A stretch of DNA of 64,000 nt from Eledone cirrhosa. Taxonomy: Eukaryota. A model generated the notes under the pieces. The model was not told where the DNA came from and searched no databases. It saw only the letters and a program-made list of their open reading frames with translations. Below, one piece after another: positions 28,679 through 42,623 of the stretch (position 1 is its first letter; every line of letters begins with the position of its first letter). The stretch lies in NCBI GenBank assembly GCA_964016885.1, contig OZ024741.1:104470001-104534000 (forward strand), read 5' to 3'. The position numbers and the translations under genes were made by a program.

Positions 28679-29142
28679 GTCTATTCTCAGCTAAGTCTCC
28701 AGGCAATGCGCGGACACTGGGGACTCATATAAAAATAATAATAATTCGGTAAATGGAACAGCTAGCGGGGACTGGATTCCATGCACTGAAAATCTCGCTG
28801 TCACTGGTCAAATGGTAGATTCTAAAGAATCAATCACGTGACACTGAGGCTAGTCGGTAGGAGTGGGGTGGTAAGATGACAGAAGCCTACTAACACACCA
28901 AAAAATTTAGTAGTGGTTTTGGCAGGTTTGCTCGACAAAGTGATTTGGAGATAAATATAGAGAATTTAGTATATCCACTGACATATGCGTACAGATGTAC
29001 GCCAATGTCAGCAAATACACAGATTATGTCATAGTACCTAGGTGGTTCAATGCAGGAGGATGCAGAACAATAATATAAAAGACGTAAAATAAGAAAATTT
29101 AAAAAAAATTTTAAAAAATTAACTTACTTACTAAAATTTTCA

Positions 29143-29221
29143 CTCCAACTAATTAGTTTCTGCAATGGGATAAAGACAGTTACGTAATAAACTGTTGAGA
29201 ATTCATTGCGTCATCAGGGAG
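29143..29221 (-). ncRNA. R2 hammerhead ribozyme
   Basis: Identical to 28600-28678, 543 nt away. Confidence 0.9.
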
Positions 29222-29442
29222 GTCTATTCTCAGCTAAGTCTCCAGACAATGCGCGGACACTGGGGACTCATATAAAAATAATAATAATTCGGTAAATGGA
29301 ACAGCTAGCGGGGACGCAATGAATTCTCAACAGTTTATTACGTAACTGTCTTTATCCCATTGCAGAAACTAATTAGTTGGAGTGAAAATTTTAGTAAGTA
29401 AGTTAATTTTTTAAAATGTTTTTTAAATTTTCTTATTTTACG

Positions 29443-29515
<73 letters not shown>

Positions 29516-29516
<1 letters not shown>

Positions 29517-30556
29517 AAGATTTAATCAATACTTTTGCTAATCTTAACCTTAAAATTACTATAGATACGAACCTTACTAATGCTAACTTTCTTGATATTA
29601 ATCTTGATTTACTTACTGCCTCTTTTAAACCCTACCATAAACCTAACGAAAATCTTAGGTATGTACACAAAGAGTCTTGCCATCCCCCTATAGTTTTTAA
29701 TAATCTTATTCCTAACATTAGTCGTAGGATTTCTACCTTATCTTCGTCTATAGACATTTTTAATAAAGCCGCCCCTTATTATAATAAAGCCCTTAAGAAC
29801 AGCGGCTTTACAGAAAAAATTTCTTATTTACCTACTCCCCCCCCCCCCCCTAAAACTAACCACAATAACAGGAAAAGGAAGATTATTTGGTTCACACCCC
29901 CCTTCTCTCTAACTGTCAAAACTAATGTAGGAAGGAAATTCCTTGAACTATTAGACAAACATTTTCCTCCTAATCATAGATACTATAAGATATTTAATAG
30001 GAACGTAGTCAAGATCAGCTACTCTTGTTGCCCATCTATGAAGTCCAAAATCACCAGCTCAAACCGGACGAGAATAAATCCAGGATGCAGTTGCAGGAAG
30101 CCGGACGAATGCCCATTGCAGGGTAGATGTAACACTAAATCTGTCGTTTATGAGGCTACGATAACACCAGTAATCAACAACCAGCCAGCCAGGAGTGAGC
30201 GATATGTCGGTATGACCCAGGACAGGTTTAAAACCAGATTTTACTCACATGTCGCTTCTTTTAAGCACTCCGATAAACGAACATCAACGGTCCTCGCAAG
30301 TAAGGTGTGGGAACTCAAGGATAGTAACATCCCGTACTCTATTGATTGGTCTATATTAGACCATTCGAGGGAGTACCAAAGGGGCACAAAGAATTGTTCT
30401 TTGTGTACCACAGAAAAGTATAGGATTTTGCTAAACTTGAGAGACACTTCCGCTTGCCTTAATTCAAAGACTGAGATCTTCAGATGCTGTCCTCATCTGA
30501 GACCGCACCTGATCTGTAACTGGATTGACACTCCTATGAGAAATCAACCGCCTTGA
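29516..30556 (+). pseudogene. 5'-truncated Naiad-type PLE ORF (RT thumb + GIY-YIG)
   Basis: NFLDINLDL, HPP, WFTPPFS, CSC..CPLQGRC, YVGMT, CSLCTTEK, LNSKTEIFRCCPH. Confidence 0.88.
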
Positions 30557-30763
30557 ACTCCTTCTCCCGCTCTTTACTTCTGCTACGGCTTTTATTTTAC
30601 TGTTTCTACGTTCTGTACTCTTGTATACTTACATTTATTATATATTTTTTTCTCCCTTACCTCCACTTATATTTTACCTTCTCCTATGCTCCCCCCCCCA
30701 CATATATTCTTTTTGCCGTGCCCTCCACATACCTGTGTGTGTGTGTGTGTATATTTGTGTGTA

Positions 30764-30846
<83 letters not shown>

Positions 30847-31001
30847 ATATATATACATATAGATATGTGTGTGTATGTGTATGTGTGTATGTATATATGT
30901 TTATACGTATGTGTGTGTGTGCCTGTGTGTATGTATTTATATGTGTATGTATTTGTGTGTGTGTGTATATATGTGTATGTGTGGATAAGCCAGGTTTCTC
31001 T

Positions 31002-31055
31002 CATCCTGAAGATTGTAGGAAAAATTTTTTTGCTGTTAAGAAACCCTTGTAAATG
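31002..31055 (+). ncRNA. Degenerate hammerhead downstream of the PLE ORF
   Basis: catc-CTGAAGA-..-GAAAC-cctt-GTA-aatg; homologous to 33019. Confidence 0.6.
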
Positions 31056-31226
31056 GAATAATTGCCTTATGTTGCTTTAATACTTTACTACTATATATAC
31101 GTATATGTAAGGTCCTTATGATTTATCTAAGATTGAGTTTTACATACACACACGCATATACGTGTGTGTATGCGTATGCATGTGTGTGTGCGTGGTTGTG
31201 TGTATGTGTGTATATGTGTATATGCA

Positions 31227-31322
<96 letters not shown>

Positions 31323-31377
31323 TGTGTGTGTACATATGTGCGTGTGTATATATTGATAATTGTATATGTGTGTGTGT

Positions 31378-31414
<37 letters not shown>

Positions 31415-31936
31415 TGTTCTGTTGTGCGTGTTTATGATATATACGTATTTGTATGTGTATAATTGTTTAGCTATGTATGTATATGTGTGTGTATGTGTAC
31501 GTGTGTATATATATGTGTGTGTGTACGTTTGTATTTATGTATATATATATGTGTGTATATGTATGCATATATGTGTGTGTGTGCATATAGTTGTATACAC
31601 GTGTGTGTGTGTATAGATTGTACACTTGTGCGTGGTTTTGCATGTATGCGTATGTATGCGTTTTTGTATTTGTATTTGAAATTTTTTTTATGTGTGAGAG
31701 TGTGTGAATGCGTTGACTATTTCGTGCGTATGTATATGTGCTTTTGTGTGTGTTTCTTACCACGCTTGTCTGTCCAGTTTGCTGCCTTATGTAACGGTCT
31801 CAATGTTTTTATAATATATATATATATATATATATATTTTTTTTCCTATATTTATTTGCGTGTGTGAATATGTAGAGGAGTGCATTTATGTATGTGTATG
31901 CATGTACGTGTGTATATATGTTTGATTGTGTGAATG

Positions 31937-31984
<48 letters not shown>

Positions 31985-32162
31985 GGTATGGCTATGTGTA
32001 CGTATGTGTATGCGTGTACGCACGCGCATATATATATATATGTATATATATGCGTGTATATATGTGTGTGTGTGTGTGTGTATATGTGTGTGTATATTTG
32101 CATGTGTGTGTGTATGTGTGTGTGTATATATATATATATGTATGCGCGTGTGTGTGTAGATA

Positions 32163-32197
<35 letters not shown>

Positions 32198-32535
32198 ATG
32201 AATGTTTGTATATGTTTGTTCTTAGAGGAACAAAGGCAGACAGATTTCTGTATTCAGATTGAAGCCAATCCTTATCATTAGGTTTCTCTTTAGCTTACAG
32301 GTGTCTGTAAGATCAGTATGGGGTCAGTCATGGTAGATAGATTTGGAGGAAGGGGAGATTCCTTAAAAGCTAAATTCTTAAAGGTTCTAGTAAATTGACG
32401 AAGGTTTAGGGAATTCTGTAGACATTTTCTAAGTATAATCTAATTCACGAGACACTTGCACGCACACACATGTGTATGGGGGAAATATATTTATATTTGT
32501 ATACGCGTGCGTGCGTGCGCGCATACGCATGCGCG

Positions 32536-32660
<125 letters not shown>

Positions 32661-32774
32661 TTGTATACATATACAGATTCTCATCTATATTAAAACTTTC
32701 ATGCTCTGCGGTGTACTGAGTGCCTTGCTTGCTGTGGCTGCCTCCGGTTCAACCCGGAATAACGTGTGTGTGTA

Positions 32775-32874
<100 letters not shown>

Positions 32875-33018
32875 TTTATGTTTTTTCGTGTATGTGTGGT
32901 TGTATGTGTAGTCTTATTTTATTTTCCTTTCCTTCTTCCTTCTCCAGCCTCACTTTCATATAGCTTGCTTTTTTTGTTTTTTTAAGATCCAAATTCAATA
33001 AACAAACCAGGATTTTTT

Positions 33019-33072
33019 CATTCTGAGGATTGAAAGCAAAACCTTTTGCTTTTAAGAAACCACTGGTAAATG
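33019..33072 (+). ncRNA. Hammerhead ribozyme
   Basis: catt-CTGAGGA-ttgaaagcaaa..tttgcttttaa-GAAAC-cactg-GTA-aatg; 11-bp stem II. Confidence 0.9.
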
Positions 33073-33101
33073 GAATAATTGCCTTATGTTGTTTATTACA
33101 T

Positions 33102-33154
<53 letters not shown>

Positions 33155-33183
33155 AGTGGTTACACAACAGTTAGTTCACCATA

Positions 33184-33223
33184 CCGAGAACAATTGTTTC
33201 ACCTTAGCAGATCCTCAGCTCGG
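33184..33223 (-). ncRNA. Minimal hammerhead ribozyme; family also at 41590 and truncated at 50090-50122
   Basis: ccgag-CTGAGGA-tctgctaaggt-GAAAC-aatt-GTT-ctcgg. Confidence 0.82.
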
Positions 33224-33250
33224 AATGGGCATGGTTATAGGAACATATAT

Positions 33251-33308
<58 letters not shown>

Positions 33309-34168
33309 CGGCGATGAATTAGTTTTGCGAGGTTTTTGATATGAAATCGTGTGTCGGAACAAATATTGTTATACTTGGGGAGGGTCATATTTGTGTAATA
33401 TTGCCAGAATTAATAACAGAACACACTCACTGTTTGGTTGGTTTTCGCTTCTGTGTCTTTTATATCGGTAATCGAATTTATTCGGTCCTCAATGATGGTT
33501 GGAAGATCACTGATGAAGGACTAACTTTATTCATATGTAACCCATTTGCAACTCCGCAGCACGTTTATTCTCATATTTACACATATTTTTTTCTCCCGCT
33601 GTGACCCGTCTATTTCGTTCTTACTGCTTCCTCTTTCTCTGTATCTTTACCCTCTCTAACAGTCGCTCTCTCTGTTAGCCTCTTCCTCACCCTTCACTCA
33701 CTCACTCTCTGTTACTACCTCTCCTCCTCCTCCTTCTTCCCGTTTGACCTGTGCGTAATTCTTTTCTTTCGCACGCTTGGCCAGGCCGGTCGGCATTTTT
33801 TCTCTCTCTCGTCTACGATTTCACAGAACTTATGTTTACCGAATTCACAGACTAGACCCCTTCTTCCTCCCGTTAGACCTGTGCGAAATTCCTTCCTTGC
33901 TCACATTTCAACCAGGTTTGATGGTCTTTATTCTCTCTCGTTCACGATTTCACCGAACTTATATTCATGGAAATTTTTGGACTTGACTCGCTCTTCCTCA
34001 TTTTTCGTTGCTTCACCATCTGTGTTTGTTTACATTCTCGCTGTTCCCTTTATTTACATGTCCCAACGACTTTCTTTAGCCGTTGCTCGCACCAACCGGA
34101 GGTATATGGTCTTTAAAGCGAAGAAATACCGATGATGGTTGGAGGATCACTGATGAAGGACCACTTTA

Positions 34169-34247
<79 letters not shown>

Positions 34248-34249
34248 GA

Positions 34250-35025
34250 AATAAAATAAAATAACAGGAGGCTGGACTGGTGTAAATCCTTGAAAGGTTT
34301 ATTATACTATGATCATTTCAATGACCGGGTTCCATATGAATCCGGTGATATCATCAGGTATTGGAATATAACAAAGGAATATGTAAAAAACCATGGGTCC
34401 GAAAATTCTTATCGGGATAATTTTTTCATATAAGACTCTCTCCGTAAGTTCATTAAATAAATAAATCTCGCTACCTTAATCTTTAATTCTCTAATAACTT
34501 ATTTTTCAATTTATCATTTTGCAATTTAATATTTTTAATTTAATTTAATTTCATCCTATAACTCGCAACATAAGTTTAACGTTCCAATCTTCGGTTCACA
34601 TATTAGATCATACAGACACCCATTATAGATTCTTTGGGGTAACATTTTTTCGCGGCATTTTCTAGCATGAATGTAGTATGACCCTTACACTACACTTCTT
34701 TCTCCCTTTCTTTCTTTCTTCCCCTTCTTCTTTGACGGAGTGGTGGTAGTGCATTCTAAGCCTTCGCCCCCTCACCAGATATTCATTAGTAGCTTCAGTT
34801 GCCAACACTTTGAGGGCGACTGGCCGAGAAGCTAGTTGGTCAGTCGTCCTCTGTCTCTGTCTCTGATTTTTCGGACCCATTTTTTTTTACATATTCCTTT
34901 GTTATATTCCAATACCTGATGATATCACCGGATTCATATGGAACCCGGTCATTGAAATGATCATAGTATAATAAACCTTTCAAGGATTTACACCAGTCCA
35001 GCCTCCTGTTATTTTATTTCATTTA
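34250..35025. repeat. Fold-back pLTR unit with HHRs at 34304-34361 (-) and 34912-34969 (+)
   Basis: ~150-bp inverted arms; same HHR family as 26015/28294. Confidence 0.85.
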
Positions 35026-35168
35026 TAATTAACTCCGTATTCGCACCACCAACTACACAAACGAAGTTGGGTGAACTGCACTACGTTGAGTACTCTTCAC
35101 AATATTACACCAGGATTGACCATACGGAATGACCAGTTCTATCCAGTTGTGAACCAACAAACCTAAAG

Positions 35169-35286
<118 letters not shown>

Positions 35287-35325
35287 TATATATATATACA
35301 TATATACATATATATATATGTACTT

Positions 35326-35892
35326 TTTGATAGAAATACTATTAAAATTTCTTACTCTACGACTCCTAACCTTGCACATAACATCACAGCTTCAAATTTA
35401 GCTAAACTACCTAACCGTAGGAAAACGTGCAACCCTGTAGTTAGTACTAACTGTAATTGTAGGAATCGGGTTGATTGCCCCCTATCCGGGAAATGCCTCT
35501 CTAGTAACATTGTCTACAAATGTAAGGTTGAAACACCCACGTCCCATAGGGCCTACATAGGGTTAACCGCCAATAGATTCAAGCAGCGTCTTTACATGCA
35601 TACCCATACTTTTCGTTACCCTCTTAGAAGGAATATGACGTCACTTTCAGCTCATATCTGGAGTCTAAAAGACAACCACACCCAATATAAGTTACACTGG
35701 GAGATCCTAGCTAGGGCTAGATCGTATAACGGAAATAAAAGACCATGTGACTTCTGCGCCGCTGAGGCTCTGGAAATACTCTACGCCACAGACCACATCC
35801 TAAACAAAAAATCTGAGGCAATTTCGGCTTGTAAACATAAATTGCACAAAACTTTCCTGTATTACAGCCCCACGTTATACCCTAACGGATAG
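35326..35892 (+). pseudogene. Naiad-type PLE GIY-YIG fragment
   Basis: [51 protein letters not shown]. Confidence 0.85.
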
Positions 35893-36947
35893 TACGATCT
35901 ATACGTGGATATTTTACGTCTTGATGTCGTAGCTAAGTATATGTTTTGTTTATACCATTACTTATTTGCATAGGTAAGTATATATTACCTGTATGTTTTG
36001 TGAAGGTACGTATACTTTCTCGTACGTATATTTGATTGTATATGTTATGGCGTATAATTTTTTATATATTCTGGTACATATGGTTTGGTTATGTGTATAC
36101 GGGAGTTTTGCGTCTGTGTGAGTATGCATGTTCGTACGTATGTTGGGTGTGTGTATATGTGTACTTCATGTTTTGGTTGACTTACGTCTCCGAACATTTG
36201 TGTATTTACATGTAGGTATGTGTGTGCGCTTGTTATATACGTATTTATTTATTTATATACGTTTATTTAATTATTTATTTATTTGTATATACGCACACAC
36301 ACACACACACATTTATATGTGCGTGGTTTTGTATACCTATGGCAAGTGTTTTCGCGTATGCTTGTGTATGTACGTATTTGCATGCGTGTATGTATTTATT
36401 TAATTTCTATTACCTCTGTATTGTATTTTATTTACTTTATTCTTAACTCTGAAGCGGAGATTCATTCGGTTTAGTAAAGTGTCACTAGTTAGAATTTTAG
36501 TCTACGACTTCAGCTATACCATTTACGTGGTTTTGTCTTTGCGTGCAATTGTTCTCCACGTTCCACATACGACGTATTATCTTCGTTTTTTCCGTTCATT
36601 GCCAGAGAACGTCTCTATGAACCACCTAAGAGAACATTAGTCTACGACTTCTTTTATACCATAAACGTGGTTCTGTCTTTGCGCGTAATTGTTTTTTACC
36701 GCTCCTATTAATGACGTATTATATTCGTTCAAATCCCGCCGATGTTTACTTTGCCTTTCATCCTTACGGGGTCGATAAAATAAAGTACCAGTAATGCACT
36801 GGGTAATTGCTGGCCTTGTGCCTAAAGTAGAAACAATTATATTCGTTTTTTCCCGTTCTTTGCCAGGGAACGTTTCCACGAACCAAAGTATCGTCTTCCT
36901 GTCTTCCTCCGGCTGCAACGTTTTTTGAAATATCCACTTCTGCGTTT

Positions 36948-37023
36948 ACAGATTGACTTTGTTAGTTTCAGAAGATCCCGTTAAGGGTGAAAGCAGCGAT
37001 TCTTTGCTTAAACTTTAATCTGT
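36948..37023 (+). ncRNA. Hammerhead-like motif with CAGAAGA core (second copy)
   Basis: Same sequence as 13160-13234. Confidence 0.7.
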
Positions 37024-37102
37024 TATTTTAATATATATATATATATATATCAGGAAAGAAGGTTTACATGGTTTGCTATACAAAAAAGTTTTTAATCACA
37101 TA

Positions 37103-37208
37103 GCTTACATTTGTTTCACTGAACTGGTATGTCTAGAGATCGCTATCCGCCTAATTTTGCGTCACACGATCGCCAATACAGAATTATAACCAGTCAGATC
37201 TTCGGAGC
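37103..37208 (-). ncRNA. Hammerhead-like motif, CCGAAGA core (inverted pLTR)
   Basis: Reverse complement of 40366-40471. Confidence 0.7.
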
Positions 37209-37570
37209 ATGCGAGAATGAAGAAAATACACAGGCAAGAAAATAAAAGAAAATATGGAGTAGTTATGGCATTCAATTAGAACAATAACAACAACAATTAT
37301 TACAACAATGCTATCAATAAACTATTTAAGGAGACCCTGACATTACTTAGGTGGGGGGTATATAATGTATCTAATGTTACGGCGTGAAAACCAGCTGTCA
37401 TAAGGCAAAAAGTATCGTAGTGTGTATCAATTTTAAATTATAAAGATAAGCTAGTTTTTACAGTCTTTCTCTTCATCTTCAACCGTATAAATGAGTGGGA
37501 CCACTGTCAAAGCTCAATAGTTGTAGAGTTAATACAGAGGTTAACGAATTAATATACGCATATATCTACG

Positions 37571-37616
<46 letters not shown>

Positions 37617-37641
37617 AATATAAATACATATACACATATAT

Positions 37642-39531
37642 GTGTACATAGACACATACATACACACTAATATACACTCGTACAAAAATATACATACATG
37701 CAAAGATCACAAAAATAACTTTGAAACTAATCCTACCATTAGATTAATATGCCCATCCAAGTCAGACATAGGTAAAATTAGCAAAAACATTCTAGATAGG
37801 GTAATCGCACAAATAAAGGGTAAACTAGAAATCAATCTATGGGGCAACACTAACGAGGCAATTAAATGGTTCAATAAAATACAAAATAGGGATACGTGTA
37901 ACTTCATACAATTTGATATAGACGACTATTATGCATCCATATCCCCAGCTACCCTAGATAAGGCGCTTATATTTGCCCAAAATAACTCTGATCTTACCCA
38001 TGATGAAATTGAAATAATAATAGCGGCTAGAAGGACTATCGTAAAATTTGAAAATAACTACTGGGTAAGAAAGGATAGAATAAATAGCTTCGATATTACA
38101 ATGGGTTCAAATGATTCTGCGCAAATTACAGATATCGTGGGGCTATTCATAGCACACAACCTACATAAGGAATTCAGTAACCTCCAAGGAGGAATTTATA
38201 GGGACGACACGTTACTTATAGCTAGGAACCTAAACAACCAGAGCATGGAAAGACTAAGGAAAAATATTAGAATATTCTTCAAAAAACTAGGCCTAAGTAT
38301 TACCTACGAACTAAACCATAAGAAGGTAAATTTTCTAGATGTAACTCTAAATCTAAATACTGGATTAATAGAACCTTTCCACAAAAATAATGAAAATCTT
38401 GCCTACATTAGTTACAACTCAAATCACCCCAAATCCATAATTAAATCCATAGCACGTAGTATATCCCTCCGAATATCCCGCCTATCCTCAAACCTAGAAA
38501 TCTTTAACGAGCATGCTGACTATTATAATGCAGCATTAAGTAGGGCCGGTCATAAAGATAAACTACAGTATATAGTGAATAAGGACAACATAAACAATCC
38601 TAGTAATTTCTACTCCAACCGCTCACATAATAATAGGAATAGCTTGACTAGACATAGGGTTAGACATGTAACACCTAGAGTAAACGGCCAAAACACTAAT
38701 AACGTAAACCCTAGAAACAATAGAAGAAACAGACAAAGAAAATACCTATGGTTCAACCCAATATTCAACTCCTCTATAAAAACTAGACTGCCCTCTATAT
38801 TCTTTAAACTAATAGATAAACACTTCCCTATCTCGCATAGATATCACAAACTACTCAATAGATCTACTATAAAACTCTCTTTTTCAACAGCAGCTAACAT
38901 AGAATCACACATACGCAAGATCAACCGCAGAAATATCTCAAGTAAATCAATTGCACCTATACATAAGCACAAACTCATCACAACATCACAACCACAAGCG
39001 CATACAAACGCGCAGCAGCAAAACCCCATTGCGCATATATCACAACCCACTTATAACAGGGTACTAAATAGGAATGTAAAAGCTGCACATAATAGCGCCT
39101 CAAACTGCAACTGTCACCTCCCAGATAGGTGCCCATTGGCGAATAGATGTCTCGATTCGAGCCTGGTGTACATGTGCACTGTCATCTCGGGTAACTCCAC
39201 TTGGAATTACATAGGATCCACCGCGGGTTCTTTTAAGAAAAGATGGTATGTGCACAGGCACTCGATGAAAAACCGAGCTCTTATGGGTTCCACCACCCTC
39301 GCCAGAAAAATATGGGAATTGAAGGACAGCAACGCTAGCTACACTATCAACTGGTCGAAGTTGTCGGCTGCTAAAACCTATAGTACAGGTATGTCCTATT
39401 GCGGGCTGTGTGATCTTGAGCTATTGTATATCCTTAGAAATGTTAAAAGGCTACTTAATAATAAGTTAGAAAGATCTATCTTCTGCAGACATAGAATAGC
39501 CACTAAATTCATAAGATTCAAACCTCCGTGA
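37642..39531 (+). CDS. PLE reverse transcriptase-GIY-YIG endonuclease; genuine N-terminus missing, homology starts ~37700
   Basis: KDHK, RLICPSKS, FDIDDYYASI, TMGSND, IYRDD, WFNP, CNC..CPL..C, YIGST, CGLCDLE, FCRH; no internal stops. Confidence 0.92.
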   Translation: MYIDTYIHTNIHSYKNIHTCKDHKNNFETNPTIRLICPSKSDIGKISKNILDRVIAQIKGKLEINLWGNTNEAIKWFNKIQNRDTCNFIQFDIDDYYASISPATLDKALIFAQNNSDLTHDEIEIIIAARRTIVKFENNYWVRKDRINSFDITMGSNDSAQITDIVGLFIAHNLHKEFSNLQGGIYRDDTLLIARNLNNQSMERLRKNIRIFFKKLGLSITYELNHKKVNFLDVTLNLNTGLIEPFHKNNENLAYISYNSNHPKSIIKSIARSISLRISRLSSNLEIFNEHADYYNAALSRAGHKDKLQYIVNKDNINNPSNFYSNRSHNNRNSLTRHRVRHVTPRVNGQNTNNVNPRNNRRNRQRKYLWFNPIFNSSIKTRLPSIFFKLIDKHFPISHRYHKLLNRSTIKLSFSTAANIESHIRKINRRNISSKSIAPIHKHKLITTSQPQAHTNAQQQNPIAHISQPTYNRVLNRNVKAAHNSASNCNCHLPDRCPLANRCLDSSLVYMCTVISGNSTWNYIGSTAGSFKKRWYVHRHSMKNRALMGSTTLARKIWELKDSNASYTINWSKLSAAKTYSTGMSYCGLCDLELLYILRNVKRLLNNKLERSIFCRHRIATKFIRFKPP

Positions 39532-39867
39532 ATCGAACCAACATAACATAGCTTTAAATTAGGATACCTACTACCCACAAAAAATATATATTCATTAAGT
39601 ATACTATTTCCTTCACAAGTCTATACCACACAATAGTCTGTAAATACCTCATCTACCAACAATCTTACTCCTTCTCAGCTGCTGCAATCATTTGATCCTA
39701 GATCCTAGTTTTTCTCATTTCACTACTACAATGTTACTTTACCTTCTTTTTGCCATATTACAATTAGCACGCTTTTCTCTTTGCATGTATGTATATTTTT
39801 GTACGAGTGTATATTAGTGTGTATGTATGTGTCTATGTACACATATATGTGTATATGTATTTATATT

Positions 39868-39923
<56 letters not shown>

Positions 39924-39936
39924 TGTGTGTGTGTGT

Positions 39937-40006
<70 letters not shown>

Positions 40007-40365
40007 AGATATATGCGTATATTAATTCGTTAACCTCTGTATTAACTCTACAACTATTGAGCTTTGACAGTGGTCCCACTCATGTATACGGTTGAAGATG
40101 AAGAGAAAGACTGTAAAAACTAGCTTATCTTTATAATTTAAAATTGATACACACTACGATACTTTTTGCCTTATGACAGCTGGTTTTCACGCCGTAACAT
40201 TAGATACATTATATACCCCCCACCTAAGTAATGTCAGGGTCTCCTTAAATAGTTTATTGATAGCATTGTTGTAATAATTGTTGTTGTTATTGTTCTAATT
40301 GAATGCCATAACTACTCCATATTTTCTTTTATTTTCTTGCCTGTGTATTTTCTTCATTCTCGCAT

Positions 40366-40471
40366 GCTCCGAAGATCTGACTGGTTATAATTCTGTATTG
40401 GCGATCGAGTGACGCAAAATTAGGCGGATAGCGATCTCTAGACATACCAGTTCAGTGAAACAAATGTAAGC
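40366..40471 (+). ncRNA. Hammerhead-like motif, CCGAAGA core, ~80-nt stem II, in the 3' pLTR
   Basis: gct-CCGAAGA-tctgactggt..accagttcagt-GAAAC-aaat-GTA-agc. Confidence 0.72.
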
Positions 40472-40845
40472 TATGTGATTAAAAACTTTTTTGTATAGCA
40501 AACCATGTAAACCTTCTTTCCTGATTTATTATTACTCCAAGTGTTTACAACATAGGAATTACAGCATACCCGCAGCATCACTATGAAAACGCCTTGTTGA
40601 GTCAAACCAAGCCAAGCGTTAATATCATCCACTACCTGGAATACCATAACTGGACTTCACCTAAGTGGACTGCATTTAACTATTATTTGTTAATCCGTAT
40701 ATATATATATATATATAGTTGTAATAAAATGAAAACGAAATTTCATTTCTCACTCTTAGTACGGCACTTACTTAAATGTAAGTATGTATGTATACGTGCA
40801 TACATATATGTATACAGACGTACAGTAGCATGCATATATATATAT

Positions 40846-40930
<85 letters not shown>

Positions 40931-41081
40931 CAGGTACACATACATATATGCACGTATCAGTTTAGCGGACGCTTATTATAACGCCCGCTTTGTTCGTTTG
41001 TAAACAAACTGAACAGCCTGAATTTATGCCGTACGGTGTTAAGGCAACCCCGTCACCTTTTTGTTCAACACTGACACAGGA

Positions 41082-41124
41082 ACGATGTACTAGTTTCAAG
41101 CTTGTTAGCTATCATCAGCACCGT
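41082..41124 (-). ncRNA. R1 hammerhead ribozyme (CTGATGA variant)
   Basis: Lies in R1 tandem 40720-41340, which ends in an inverted copy at ~41345-41476. Confidence 0.88.
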
Positions 41125-41371
41125 ATACCCTTCTGCCAGATAGTTGAACGTTCGAAAGTATATACTTTCCTGATGAAAATTAACGGCTGAGCAGCCTAAT
41201 TTGCATATCGAGTGAGTTAAGTCGGTCAGGCATACCGAAAACGATAAGTTGTAATAAAATGAAAACGAAATTTCATTTCTCACTCTTAGTACGGCACTTA
41301 CTTAAATGTAAGTATGTATACGTGCATACATATATGTATATATGATACGTGCATATATGTATGTGTACCTG

Positions 41372-41419
<48 letters not shown>

Positions 41420-41589
41420 TGCTACTGTACGTCTGTATACATATATGTATGCACGTATACATACATACTTACATTTATATATATATATATAGTGGTAGAA
41501 CACTGGAAGGTAATATCCGTAGTGGTAGAGCACTCAGTCCATGGGACGAGTTAGGTAGAAGTGGTTACACAACAGTTAGTTCACCATAC

Positions 41590-41627
41590 CGAGAACAATT
41601 GTTTCACCTTAGCGGATCCTCAACTCG
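41590..41627 (-). ncRNA. Hammerhead motif with C3U change
   Basis: cgag-TTGAGGA-tccgctaaggt-GAAAC-aatt-GTT-ctcg. Confidence 0.6.
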
Positions 41628-41631
41628 TGAT

Positions 41632-41709
<78 letters not shown>

Positions 41710-42623
41710 AAGGGTGTGGTAAAATTCCAGGTGGACATCCTTAGGTAGAAATAGAATACTTTCATTCTTGCTAAACTATACTTATGCACTACGGAACCAG
41801 CCGAATAGATAACTGTGACACTTTACTAAACCTATTACCCATAATTTGATCACGATGCACAAACTTACACGTAGCTATTACCGGACTGCCGCTGTGGCAG
41901 GTATGGTATATAGAGCTAATGTGTACTGGCATATAAACTTATATTATCAAGTGCGCAAATACCATTACTTACTATGGCGTCAGAATTGTTAAAGGAAGTT
42001 ATTAACTAACCTTTATTTCTATTTCGCCCATGATTGGCGAGGGCTTTAATATACATGTGTAGTAAGCAAAGGCACTACTTATTGCGGCGGAACAATTGGG
42101 TTACGCTTGTTCAGTCGCCAGGCCGATAAGTCGGCGGCGTAGAAATACCAGGCACTTACTTTCGCCCAGCTAAAAAAAACTCGCGCCTCTTTTTTTACTT
42201 AAAAAACAGTTCCAGCTTCACATTTGTACAAGTAGGACGTTACTAAATCCGTTCCCCGGAGCAACTGGTAAGATGAAACATTTACCAAGGAACTTTGGCC
42301 CTCTCGGCAAGGGCCCAGCAACATCTTACCTAGATATATGCCACAACGGCACCTAGCATTTTATTGTAATATTTTATTAAAAAAAAAATCCTTTGTTATA
42401 TTTCCTCGCTGTGCGACTACTGACATTAAGCATGCCGCCTGATAACATAATCTTCTTTAAGGATCCTTCTCGCAACCAAAAAAATAATATTTTAAAGAGC
42501 TCTTCTGCTAAACATGTGAATTTTGGACTTTGAGGAATATACTTTACTACAGAACTTTAGCTAACTCACAACAGTATGAGGTATGAAATAACTAGTACTA
42601 TCTTTAAGATTAGGGGTAGATTT

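Larger units (their letters stand above)
28424..29449 (-). repeat. ~540-bp HHR-bearing tandem repeat (family R2) with terminal inversion
   Basis: 28424-28770 is repeated at 28963-29313; inverted piece 29314-29449; homolog at 60635-61310. Confidence 0.9.
37051..40524 (+). mobile_element. Naiad-type Penelope-like element, 5'-truncated, with inverted 5' pLTR
   Basis: 37051-37702 is the reverse complement of 39781-40524 and flanks the RT/GIY-YIG ORF. Confidence 0.92.

Noticed and set aside
33505-34175. CTGATGAagga at 33510 and 34150 (also CTGACGA at 16672)
   Set aside because: No GAAA after a closing stem II.
36444-36492. ctgaagc..aaagtgtcacta
   Set aside because: Several core mismatches.
37642-40524. 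Selenocysteine-type Naiad (in-frame TGA + SECIS)
   Set aside because: Conserved Cys positions are ordinary Cys codons; the GTGA..GA hairpin at ~40408 has only 3 bp and is not conserved in the 9749 copy.
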